Sequence record: MW735835.1
Length of the DNA stretch: 64,000 nt
Reading direction: 5' to 3' (one strand)
In this document: one piece after another, positions 46,590 through 55,173 of the stretch
Position numbering within the stretch: the stretch's first letter is position 1
How the letters are laid out: the number at the start of each line of letters is the position of its first letter
The notes under the pieces: model-generated
Seen by the model: the letters and a program-made list of their open reading frames with translations, nothing else
What the model was told of the DNA's origin: nothing
Database searches by the model: none
Translations under genes and position numbers: made by a program

Positions 46590-47226
46590 TGCCAAGGCCC
46601 TCGAGGAAAGTCTGCATGGCCGGATACATGTCACGCAGCTTGGTGAATGGGAGGTTGCTGATCTGGGCGGACTGCGGCTGTTCGATGCCAGTGACCTTCC
46701 AGTCGAAACGCAGGCCCTGCTGGGTCAGCGTCAACGGAGTCGAACTGGTTGCCTCGAACTTGGTGATGTGCACCGCGTTCTGGTAAGACCACTTGGTTTT
46801 CTCCAGCACACGCCACAGTGCTGCCGATGCCACCTGCTCAGCGGACTCCTGAGCGTAGGTCAGCAGGCTCATGGAGTCGGCCAGGACCTTGGCGTTCAGG
46901 AAGTCGTTGATGATGGCGTCTTCCACGTAGAGCATCTTCGGCGTGATGGTGCCCTTGGTGCGGAAGTACAGACGGGAGATCTGCGGACGGTTACGCGGGA
47001 TGTACGGTTGAGCGTTGCCACCTTCGTGAGGGGCATCGGCTTCTTCCGGCCACCACTCGATGGTGTAACCCACGATGGCGTATTGCAGATCGCTCAGGAA
47101 GTTGAAGACCGTGGCTTCCTTGATGCGGCAGTTGGCGCGCAGTTGCACACCGGAGTTGTCGATCAGGCGCAGGCAGCGGAAATGCCCACGATCTGCACCG
47201 GCATAGAGGGGTTGTTCTTCAGCCAC
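46576..47226 (-). CDS. Hypothetical protein
   Basis: GGAGG RBS; 3' end overlaps the endolysin start. Confidence 0.65.
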   Translation of the reverse strand: MAEEQPLYAGADRGHFRCLRLIDNSGVQLRANCRIKEATVFNFLSDLQYAIVGYTIEWWPEEADAPHEGGNAQPYIPRNRPQISRLYFRTKGTITPKMLYVEDAIINDFLNAKVLADSMSLLTYAQESAEQVASAALWRVLEKTKWSYQNAVHITKFEATSSTPLTLTQQGLRFDWKVTGIEQPQSAQISNLPFTKLRDMYPAMQTFLEGLGNGSN

Positions 47227-47235
47227 GATGGCCTC

Positions 47236-47805
47236 CTAAAGGTCTTTGACGACGTAGTACTCGTGCAGCAGACTCAGCCGCATCTCTTCCGTCACGTGCG
47301 TCACGCTGTGCTGGATATAGCTGGGGAAGATGTAGACATCACCAGCTTTGGGTGAGATGCGATAGTTGCCGAAATGGAACTGACGCATGGGTTTGGGATA
47401 CCCGCGACATGCGTTACCACGAGGGTCGAACATGTTCAAACCATTTGCCGAGTCCGACGGGTAGCAAATTGCCGACAGGACAGACCCGGGATGGTAATGC
47501 GGATACAGGCCTTCACCGCTTTCGATCCACTTGCCATTGGTCTCGACGTAGAACTCTTCCATGCTGGTGCCGAAGGCATGCTTGGAGAACTCTTTGACCG
47601 CCGGAGTGATCACGTCGTCACGGATCTCGATGATCAGTGGCATGACATCGCGCAGGACTTTCACCTGCGAGGCGTCTTCGCCCTGGGTCATGGTGAACAG
47701 CAGGAAGATCTCTTCTGCGTAGGCTTCCATGTCGAAGCGGTCAGCCACGTTGAAGTGTGCAATCTCGGTTTTCCACGGTTGGATGATTTCCACGTTACGC
47801 TCCAT
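47236..47805 (-). CDS. Putative Fe(II)/2OG-dependent oxygenase (PF13759/TIGR02466-like)
   Basis: YPHYHPGSVLSAICYP...PKAGDVYIFPSYIQHSV; start uncertain (47805 or 47826). Confidence 0.75.
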   Translation of the reverse strand: MERNVEIIQPWKTEIAHFNVADRFDMEAYAEEIFLLFTMTQGEDASQVKVLRDVMPLIIEIRDDVITPAVKEFSKHAFGTSMEEFYVETNGKWIESGEGLYPHYHPGSVLSAICYPSDSANGLNMFDPRGNACRGYPKPMRQFHFGNYRISPKAGDVYIFPSYIQHSVTHVTEEMRLSLLHEYYVVKDL

Positions 47806-48226
47806 TAACAGAAATGATGCCCTCATCCGTGCACTCGAGCAGACAGTACCGGACAGTCTGCGGAGCCCAACCCGAATTGATCCAATCAGGGATCTCCTTT
47901 AGACGCTCAATAATGGCGTCGTAGGTGGCTTGGTCTTGGTCGTAAGTGACGAAGTAAGGATCTTGACCCAGGAACAGGTCCTCATCACGCAAGGTCTCGT
48001 AAATGTCAATCCCGAAGAGTTCATTCAGCTTGTAGGCGTAAATGATCGCTACCGAGTAAGACTTGGCCGGGTAGTAAAGCGGGAAGGTCGCCTCTTTGAA
48101 GTAGTGCAGGGCGTTTTCGATCTTCTCCTCGCTCTCGACCATCTCCATCAACTCGAAGTCGTCGGTGTGGTCTCGGACAAGTTGGTTGTACAGGCGCTGG
48201 TTGTCTTTATACGGATGGGAACTCAT
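47795..48226 (-). CDS. Hypothetical acidic protein in the modification cluster
   Basis: ORF overlapping both neighbours; FPLYYPAKSYSVAIIYA block. Confidence 0.65.
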   Translation of the reverse strand: MSSHPYKDNQRLYNQLVRDHTDDFELMEMVESEEKIENALHYFKEATFPLYYPAKSYSVAIIYAYKLNELFGIDIYETLRDEDLFLGQDPYFVTYDQDQATYDAIIERLKEIPDWINSGWAPQTVRYCLLECTDEGIISVNGA

Positions 48227-48644
48227 AGTTGCTCACAAACGAGATGCGCAACTCATCATGAGGTGACCGCTCAACATGATGCAACAGTCGAGCTGAGAAG
48301 ATGACCAAGCGGCCTTCCTTCGGGTGCACACGGTGATGGTTGCCTTGTTGATCGTGGATCACCAATGGTCCTTCGGCATCCAGTAGGTAGAGTACCGAAG
48401 TGAACACATGAGGCAGGTGATCATGAGGGGTGAGGCCTCCCGGACCGATGTGCACGTGGTTCGCACAGATGACCAAGTCCTGGAGTTGCAGATGCTGCTG
48501 CGTCAGGGGCAGGATTGTTTCGTCCGCCCACTTGATCAGGTCTTCATTGATCACGACATCTTTGTCGATCTCGCAGAAAGCCTGATCTACGACCCAGTCG
48601 GGGACAGGTATCCCTTCAACCTGGAAGAACAAAGGCTCGTTCAT
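48207..48644 (-). CDS. Putative Fe(II)/2OG-dependent oxygenase (PF13759-like)
   Basis: TPHDHLPHVFTSVLYL...PKEGRLVIFSARLLHHV; ATGA overlap at 48641-48644. Confidence 0.75.
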   Translation of the reverse strand: MNEPLFFQVEGIPVPDWVVDQAFCEIDKDVVINEDLIKWADETILPLTQQHLQLQDLVICANHVHIGPGGLTPHDHLPHVFTSVLYLLDAEGPLVIHDQQGNHHRVHPKEGRLVIFSARLLHHVERSPHDELRISFVSNYEFPSV

Positions 48645-49666
48645 ACCAGCACGTCCCATTTATTTTTCATGTTGACAAGGCAGGTATCGTGCTTGAGATG
48701 ATTCATGACCGCATGGATATCGCCACGCGCACAACGATCCAAATGCAAGCACTTCCCACACTCAGGCGAATGACTGCGCTGCACCAACTGCTCGAAGTAC
48801 ATCTCTTCTTCGAACTGCTCGAGGTTGATCCCAATCCATGGCTTCTTCAGTTCGAAGTCTGGCGCAAAGATGGGGAACTTCTCGATCAAGGTAGGTGTGT
48901 AGTACAACTTGCCTTGTCGGTAGGTAGCCTCCAGACTGTCCGTCTTGGGCTTGATCAGGAACCGGTTGTACTGGGTATCCTTGCAGGCCTGAATGACGTC
49001 ACAGAAGCGACTGAAGGCGTTCAGGAATGCTTGCCGGTTGACGAGGTCATCGAAGCCCTTACGCACATGCGGAAACACGTACTCGACCAAACGACGCATG
49101 CCGAATTCCAGCTCATGGATTTGCTGATTGGTCTCCACGGAGAAGTTCTCAATGGAGTCGCCAGTCATGTTCACCGTCAGGTACAGCAGCTCGAACTTCA
49201 CGTCCGGCAGGTGGTCAATCACGTACCGGACACGCTGACGGATCAAGTCCTGGTGCTTAGGGTTGTTGATACTCTTGAGCGGGAAGGGTGTCGCCAAGGT
49301 GAAAGACTTGCCTTTCATCAGGACGTTGATCTTCTCGCAGAGCACATCGAGCCCTGTGTCGTCTAACAAGGCCAAGGGCAATACCACGCTGTCAAAGCGT
49401 TCAGCGAGTCCCTGGATCAGAGCATGTTCCAGGATACCGACACTCGCCTTAGAGGCAATGACGTCCACCGGACCAATGGTGAACTCCCGCAAGCGGTAGC
49501 CTTCCTGCTTCATGTCATCGACCAGATCCAACAGATCCCGTCGATCTTTGTTGAACGGACCGGGATCGAAGTCCCGGTCTACCATGCAACCCACGCAGTG
49601 GTACTTACAGCCTTGAAGAATCTCAAGCGTCAGGTTGAACGCTCTGTTCGGAACCAGTGCTGACAT
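48641..49666 (-). CDS. Degenerate radical SAM-like protein
   Basis: CKYHCVGC (CX3CX2C); GPVD in place of GGEP; C-terminal CGKCLHLDRC...C. Confidence 0.65.
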   Translation of the reverse strand: MSALVPNRAFNLTLEILQGCKYHCVGCMVDRDFDPGPFNKDRRDLLDLVDDMKQEGYRLREFTIGPVDVIASKASVGILEHALIQGLAERFDSVVLPLALLDDTGLDVLCEKINVLMKGKSFTLATPFPLKSINNPKHQDLIRQRVRYVIDHLPDVKFELLYLTVNMTGDSIENFSVETNQQIHELEFGMRRLVEYVFPHVRKGFDDLVNRQAFLNAFSRFCDVIQACKDTQYNRFLIKPKTDSLEATYRQGKLYYTPTLIEKFPIFAPDFELKKPWIGINLEQFEEEMYFEQLVQRSHSPECGKCLHLDRCARGDIHAVMNHLKHDTCLVNMKNKWDVLV

Positions 49667-50672
49667 ATTGGAGCCCTACCAGGCAGTCTTTTATTTTCAT
49701 GCGTTCCATGATGTTGATGATGCCCTTCTCACTGCAACTGGACATGTAGACGCAGGACATGCATGGCGTATCTGCCAGATAGTCCAGGGCGCGTTCTAGG
49801 GCCTTCTGACGGGTGTTCAGAAGATTCTCCATAGTCCAGGGGCGGGGAATGACGAAGTCGTCTTCTAGGAAGGGACAATCGTCTTTGAGGAAGGGTACCC
49901 AGTACAGCTTGCTGTCGGTGTACAGCAAGTTCACCATAGTGCCGGTGTGGTAGCAGAGATCGGGGTTACGGCGGCGCTCATCCTCACCCGACAGACCCGA
50001 GTAGAACTGGGTGATGCGGTGAGACATACGCTTGATGTTCTGGGCGACCATCAGGTCCTTCACTGGCACACGCCCGTACGGGATGTTCAGGATGTCGTCC
50101 TTGTCCACCGGGAAGTCGACCTTGAAACCGTTCTTCATCATCTCGTCGAAGTCTTCGCCCACGGTGTCCGTGGTGCAGTTGACCACAAAGCCTGCTTCGT
50201 TGAGGTAGGCCTTTTTCAAGTGCTCCTTCACGAAGTCCAGCTTGGAGACGATCATCTTGCTGAACTTGTCCGACTTGAAGAACGATGGCGCAGCTGGCAT
50301 CAGGAACCGCACAGCCTTGCCGGGTATGGCCTCGTCGATCTCTTCGCACATGACCTTGTACAGGTCCATGTTCTTCTCAAGGAACGCCGCGTTGAAGGTG
50401 ACCTGATGAAACCCCTGAGCCATCTCACGGAACACCGGATGTTCCATGACCTCAGCCACGTTGTCCGCAGACATGTAGTCGGTCGGGCCGATCCCCATGT
50501 CGAACGCCACGTAGCCATTGGCCACCATTTCGTTGACCAAGGCAGCCAGTTTAGGAATGTCATCGACATCCCCTCCCAACTCACGGTCAATCATGCAGCC
50601 GGCGCAATGGTTCGCGCAACCCCGGAAGATGTCCAGGGTGATTTCCAGCCGTTGACGATGTTGTACGATCAT
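49623..50672 (-). CDS. Degenerate radical SAM-like protein (paralog of 48641..49666)
   Basis: CANHCAGC; GPTD; C-terminal CMSCVYMSSC...C. Confidence 0.65.
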   Translation of the reverse strand: MIVQHRQRLEITLDIFRGCANHCAGCMIDRELGGDVDDIPKLAALVNEMVANGYVAFDMGIGPTDYMSADNVAEVMEHPVFREMAQGFHQVTFNAAFLEKNMDLYKVMCEEIDEAIPGKAVRFLMPAAPSFFKSDKFSKMIVSKLDFVKEHLKKAYLNEAGFVVNCTTDTVGEDFDEMMKNGFKVDFPVDKDDILNIPYGRVPVKDLMVAQNIKRMSHRITQFYSGLSGEDERRRNPDLCYHTGTMVNLLYTDSKLYWVPFLKDDCPFLEDDFVIPRPWTMENLLNTRQKALERALDYLADTPCMSCVYMSSCSEKGIINIMERMKIKDCLVGLQYVSTGSEQSVQPDA

Positions 50673-51601
50673 TTCTTACGTCCAGCCCAATTGTCCAATA
50701 GACCCCGGAAGCCGTTACAGGAATTCTTCAGGGAGGTGACTTCACGCAAGTGTTCGGAAAGGCAGTTGCCAAAGTACGGGCAGGAGGAGCAGAAGGGATT
50801 GTCTTGGACCCGGTCGCGTTCAAAACCACACCAGTCCAGATACCCTTGTACTCCATCGACCGTCAGGAAATACTCACGGTCGTCCTTGTCGAACTCCAGT
50901 ACTGCAAAATCCCCAGAGGGCGTGATGTAGATGTGGTCGTCGCTGAATGCATTGCGCTTACCTTCTACCGCCTCTTTTACTTGGGTCTCGTTCTCGAAGT
51001 AGAACTTGCGTGCAGGATGCTTGATCACTGCCCATACAAACTCTTCGAATTCCTTGAACGACACCTCGTGCTCGTTAGCCTGGTTGGTGCTGTACGGCTT
51101 GATCTCACACCCCATGAGGTGCGGGAACATGTTCATCGTCTCGACGTAATCGTCAGGCGTTGTCTTATCGAGGAACGCACGACTGGCCAGCGTCAGCACG
51201 TTGAAGCGCTGACTCAGCAGGAACATGTTGTTCAACACCAGCTCATGTTTCTCACGGGCTTCGAAGTCGTACGACACCGAGATCATGAACGCCTTGTCAT
51301 GGACGATGTCTGGCACGTGAGACAGGTTGGTCACCAGCACGATGTCAGTGATCCCACGGGTCAACAGAACCTGCTTGACGCCAATGAGGTACTCTTGAGG
51401 CAGCACCAGCACCTCACCACCGTAGATGTCGACATGACCAATTTCGAAGTGCTCCATCAGAGCATCGAGCCGATCAGCAAAGACATCCACAGGCAACAGA
51501 GTGCGGTCGCTTAACTGTTGCTCGGTGAGGTAACAAAACGAGCACCGGAAGTTGCAGTAGTACCAGGGGTTGAAGCTGATGTTGAGGCTGGGTTTGGCCA
51601 T
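50669..51601 (-). CDS. Radical SAM protein with truncated SPASM-like C-terminus
   Basis: CNFRCSFC, YGGE, C-terminal CSSCPYFGNC...C. Confidence 0.85.
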   Translation of the reverse strand: MAKPSLNISFNPWYYCNFRCSFCYLTEQQLSDRTLLPVDVFADRLDALMEHFEIGHVDIYGGEVLVLPQEYLIGVKQVLLTRGITDIVLVTNLSHVPDIVHDKAFMISVSYDFEAREKHELVLNNMFLLSQRFNVLTLASRAFLDKTTPDDYVETMNMFPHLMGCEIKPYSTNQANEHEVSFKEFEEFVWAVIKHPARKFYFENETQVKEAVEGKRNAFSDDHIYITPSGDFAVLEFDKDDREYFLTVDGVQGYLDWCGFERDRVQDNPFCSSCPYFGNCLSEHLREVTSLKNSCNGFRGLLDNWAGRKK

Positions 51602-51780
51602 GATTGCAACGATTCCAGGAAGCGGCGTTGGTAGGGATGCAGGGGCTTGGTGTGACCGAGCGCCATCTCGGCAAAATCAGCGAGGTTGTCTCGGCAACGC
51701 TTGACGACTACTTTCTTGAGGACTTCGGGGATCTCAAGCTTGAGTTCGTATCCCGGAGGGAAGAATGCCATTTGATCCAT
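51511..51780 (-). CDS. Small hypothetical protein overlapping the next radical SAM start
   Basis: AAAGGT RBS; fills a 180-nt gap, then overlaps 50669..51601 by 91 nt. Confidence 0.45.
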   Translation of the reverse strand: MDQMAFFPPGYELKLEIPEVLKKVVVKRCRDNLADFAEMALGHTKPLHPYQRRFLESLQSWPNPASTSASTPGTTATSGARFVTSPSNS

Positions 51781-51782
51781 GA

Positions 51783-52874
51783 TTAACCTTTCGCGATGAG
51801 TTGGACGGATTCGTCCTCGTAAGGGGTCGGTGTCAGATGGGCCGACATGCCATTGATCTCGATGATCTTGGCTGCCTGACTCTTCATCTTCCGACAGTGG
51901 TGTTCGGTCAAGCCAAACCGCTTGGTGTCCGAGATGGTCTTACGGCAACCATTGCAGATGGCAAACATCGGGCAGATGTAGCAGGATTCCTTCATCGACT
52001 GAAGGTGTTCCTGATCCCGTAACGGCAGGACCAGTTCCTTGCCAGACATCTCGGTCTCGAAGTCAATCGGGAACGCCATGTCGTCAGCAAAGGCACCGCA
52101 GGAGAAGTAATGACCACCGGGCTGCAAGGTACGGATACCTTCATCGCAGTTGCGAGCCAGAGGACACGTGGTGTGCTTGCCTTTAAGGCGCTTGGCCATC
52201 TGTTTGGTGTTGTACTCCCACTCCATCAGACCGGCTTCGTAGATCTGGATGTAGTGGCCGTAGATATCGGCTTGGGTGAAGAAGTTGTTCTCACTACCCA
52301 TCACCGTGCCGCGGTTGTTCACTTCAGGCCCAGAGGCCACGACATGGTTCACCTTGGCCTCGACACCCATCTCCTTGGCCAGCCTGACCGTATCCAAGAC
52401 AGTGTGCTCGTTGTCCTTGTCGATCACCGCAATGAAGTCCAAGCGGTAGCCGATGCGTTCAAAGAACAGGTCCGAGACCTTACGGAAATCCTCTTCAGTG
52501 AACGGCGTACCATCACCCTTCAGGCGTTTGTCGCCGTATTGGAACGACGTGGTGATGCCCAGACGTTCATGCTTGAACAACTCTTCCCACATCTCGGGCT
52601 TCTTGTAGAAAGCCCAGAGGTTAGAAGTGAAGCTGATGGATGCATCGCAGTTGTTGCGGTCCAGGATGGCGATCATGTCCCAGTAGTACTGGGGCGGCAT
52701 CATCAGAGGATCGCCACCGTTGACGATGATGGTGTTGGTATCGGGGAAGCGCTGAATGAAGCGTTCGATCTGATCCAGCTCAACGATGTCCTTGGGGTCC
52801 TCGGACAGGTAAGTACTGGAGCAGAACGTGCACTTGAAGTTACAGGCTACCGTTGGCTTGACGATGAGATCCAA
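51783..52874 (-). CDS. Radical SAM/SPASM-domain protein
   Basis: TTG start after AGGAG; CNFKCTFC, NGGDP, CPLARNC...GHYFSC, CYICPMFAICNGC...C. Confidence 0.9.
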   Translation of the reverse strand: MDLIVKPTVACNFKCTFCSSTYLSEDPKDIVELDQIERFIQRFPDTNTIIVNGGDPLMMPPQYYWDMIAILDRNNCDASISFTSNLWAFYKKPEMWEELFKHERLGITTSFQYGDKRLKGDGTPFTEEDFRKVSDLFFERIGYRLDFIAVIDKDNEHTVLDTVRLAKEMGVEAKVNHVVASGPEVNNRGTVMGSENNFFTQADIYGHYIQIYEAGLMEWEYNTKQMAKRLKGKHTTCPLARNCDEGIRTLQPGGHYFSCGAFADDMAFPIDFETEMSGKELVLPLRDQEHLQSMKESCYICPMFAICNGCRKTISDTKRFGLTEHHCRKMKSQAAKIIEINGMSAHLTPTPYEDESVQLIAKG

Positions 52875-53019
52875 TTGCCTGCTCCTGAGGTTGAGTGGTC
52901 CAAAGGTTGAAGTAATCGCGCTTGTCGATCTTGTCCGGGTTCTCGATAGTGAGTTGTTTCAGCTTCTCGGCTATTTCTTTTTCGGACATCTTGAGAAAAT
53001 TACGGGGAGGTACGGCCAT
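52840..53019 (-). CDS. Small hypothetical protein (59 aa) heading the second sub-operon
   Basis: GAGGG RBS before ATG 53019; overlaps the radical SAM start by 35 nt. Confidence 0.5.
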   Translation of the reverse strand: MAVPPRNFLKMSEKEIAEKLKQLTIENPDKIDKRDYFNLWTTQPQEQAIGSHRQANGSL

Positions 53020-53082
53020 GGCAGTCACCCTCTTTAAAGAAAAGATTCATAAGAAAGGTTCCGCATGTTTTAAGACACACGG

Positions 53083-53113
53083 CATAAAGGCCCGGTCTAG
53101 CCGGGCCCCTATG
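53083..53113 (-). terminator. CATA-family hairpin splitting the modification cluster
   Basis: cataaaggcccgg-tctag-ccgggcccctatg directly after the stop at 53117. Confidence 0.65.
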
Positions 53114-53116
53114 TTG

Positions 53117-54118
53117 TCACGCAAGGATCACCTTGAACATGGCCTTGATCGAGCAGTCTTTCGACTTCTCGCCCAGGACCGTGTCATGCAGGAAACACCG
53201 TAGGCCACAGCGCTGATAGAACTCGCAACTGAAGCACCCGTAGTGTTCCACAAATGTCACTTCTGCGTTGTCCTTCGCGATCAGGCCTTCCTTCTCATCG
53301 AGGATTGCATCTTTGCCCGCTTCAGACCAACAGGTACTGATCACCCCATCCTTGTTGATGATCTTGGTGGAACGGCACGTGGTCTCGTTGACGACGTTAC
53401 GTTTCCAGTCCTTGATCGGATAGGAGTTCGGGTACTTGTCGTTCAGCTTGATGTACAGCTGACTGATCAGGTCTTCGTCGGGTTGATGATAGGCGTACAG
53501 CTGACTGGGGATGTAATGATCGAAGTACACGTCGTACTTGTCACAGAGCCAGACGAACTCGTCACCTTCCTTGCCATCGAGGAAGATTTGGATGTTCTGC
53601 TTGGTGATCACCACGTTGACCGTCTGAACGTACTCGCCCAGGACTTCGAGGTTCTGGAAGAACAGTTCACGCTGAGCACCATTGAAGCGCCCAGCAGGGT
53701 CGTAGGACGTGGCTAGCCAAACACGTGGGTCGATCAGCCGGAGCCGTTCGATCAGGTGCTTGACGCGGTCGGTGTTGTGGTAGACGAGATTGGTACCGAA
53801 GACCAACTTGACATCCTTGAAGTGTTCCAAGCACATCTTGCCGACTTGGTAGTACGCCTCGAAGACGTCATCACCAATCTCGTTCATGAACAGTTCACCG
53901 CCGGTGATGTTGACCACCATAGCCGTGTCTGGGTGCGTGGTTGCCAAGAGCTTGGCAGCCTTCTCGATCATCAGATCCCCGTCGAGACCCACTTTGGAAT
54001 CATGGTCCTGGTGGCAGAACGAGCAACGCATGTTGCACAGCTCGAACAGGATCAGGTGGGCTTCTTTCCACTTGCCCTTCTTGTCACGCAGGATGTCTAC
54101 AACAGGGATCAGGTCCAT
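53117..54118 (-). CDS. Radical SAM/SPASM-like protein
   Basis: CNMRCSFC, TGGE, TCRS...STCW, CFSCEFYQRCGLRC...C; TAATG overlap at 54118. Confidence 0.88.
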   Translation of the reverse strand: MDLIPVVDILRDKKGKWKEAHLILFELCNMRCSFCHQDHDSKVGLDGDLMIEKAAKLLATTHPDTAMVVNITGGELFMNEIGDDVFEAYYQVGKMCLEHFKDVKLVFGTNLVYHNTDRVKHLIERLRLIDPRVWLATSYDPAGRFNGAQRELFFQNLEVLGEYVQTVNVVITKQNIQIFLDGKEGDEFVWLCDKYDVYFDHYIPSQLYAYHQPDEDLISQLYIKLNDKYPNSYPIKDWKRNVVNETTCRSTKIINKDGVISTCWSEAGKDAILDEKEGLIAKDNAEVTFVEHYGCFSCEFYQRCGLRCFLHDTVLGEKSKDCSIKAMFKVILA

Positions 54119-55173
54119 TACCAACGCGCTCCGGTGAGAGCCGCCTTCAGGCCTGCCAGGTCAGTGGTCAGGATGTGGCGGATCAGGTTCTCGTCGTACT
54201 TGCCGGTGTCACGCATCGCCAGGGCAATACGCATCTCGCCAGCAAACATGTCGGTCACACGACGCAGGCAGTTCTCGGGTTCACGCATGTTGGCTTCGTC
54301 GTTCAGCAGCGAGAGGATCTGAGCAGCACGGCGGGACGAGGATTCGTCTTCGAGCTGGTGCATCAGTTCAACGGCCTCCATCAGCATGCCCTTGATCCAG
54401 ACGTCGGTCGGACGGAAGTCGTACAGGCCCGGACGGAGCAACTGTTGAGACGCCAGGTGCGGCAGATTGAGGCAACCTTCGAACACGGTCGGTGCGTTCA
54501 GCAAGGTGTCGACGTCGGCGCCGGCCAGTTCCCAGTTCTCGGGACGGGTCAGGTGACGAGCCCAGACGTCCATGGCATCGTGGGCGTTCGACAGTGCGAT
54601 ACGACGCAGGATGTTCTTGGTGGTCTTCGGGATCTTGCCGACACGGGCATCGGTACGCAGGCGAGCAATGTGCCACTCCAGCGAGAGGGCTTCCGGGTTA
54701 CGGAGTACCAGCTCGTTCATGGCCTCTTGCAGCGGTTCGTCCTTGTCGAACAGCGCCTGCACGACCTTGGTGTCGATCTTGATGCTGGACAGCACATCGA
54801 CGCGAGGTTCGCCCATGGCGACGATCAGGCTGTTGAAGGTGGCCTTCTTGCACACGAAGAACCAACGGAAGTTCTCGAAGTCGATCTTCGGGAACAACGC
54901 CTTGATCAACATGGCGTACAGGCGGGTATAGGTGTCGCTGTCGCAGTACACCATGACCTTGTCCTTGCTCTCGAGCGCTGCACCGAAGACCTCGGTGAAT
55001 TGCTCGGGTTCGAACTGGTCGAGGCTCTGGGCGAAACCCAGCTGCACACCGACTTCTTCGAACTCGCCCGGGCTGTGTTTCCAGCCGATCTGGGGCGAGA
55101 TGGTAATGACGTTCTTCGAGCGGTCAATCCGCAGTTCGGAGTCGACGTACGCCTGGTTAAACAGATGGTACAT
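54118..55173 (-). CDS. Hypothetical protein in the modification cluster
   Basis: 351-aa strongly biased ORF overlapping both neighbours; no motif recognised. Confidence 0.7.
   Translation of the reverse strand: MYHLFNQAYVDSELRIDRSKNVITISPQIGWKHSPGEFEEVGVQLGFAQSLDQFEPEQFTEVFGAALESKDKVMVYCDSDTYTRLYAMLIKALFPKIDFENFRWFFVCKKATFNSLIVAMGEPRVDVLSSIKIDTKVVQALFDKDEPLQEAMNELVLRNPEALSLEWHIARLRTDARVGKIPKTTKNILRRIALSNAHDAMDVWARHLTRPENWELAGADVDTLLNAPTVFEGCLNLPHLASQQLLRPGLYDFRPTDVWIKGMLMEAVELMHQLEDESSSRRAAQILSLLNDEANMREPENCLRRVTDMFAGEMRIALAMRDTGKYDENLIRHILTTDLAGLKAALTGARW

Noticed and set aside
51511-51780. Programmed frameshift fusing the small ORF to the radical SAM gene 50669..51601
   Set aside because: No slippery sequence is visible at the junction, and the downstream gene has its own ATG at the expected distance from CX3CX2C.
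54118-55173. Tyrosine-phosphatase-like fold suggested by VMVYCD
   Set aside because: The CX5R P-loop is absent, so the assignment is unsupported.
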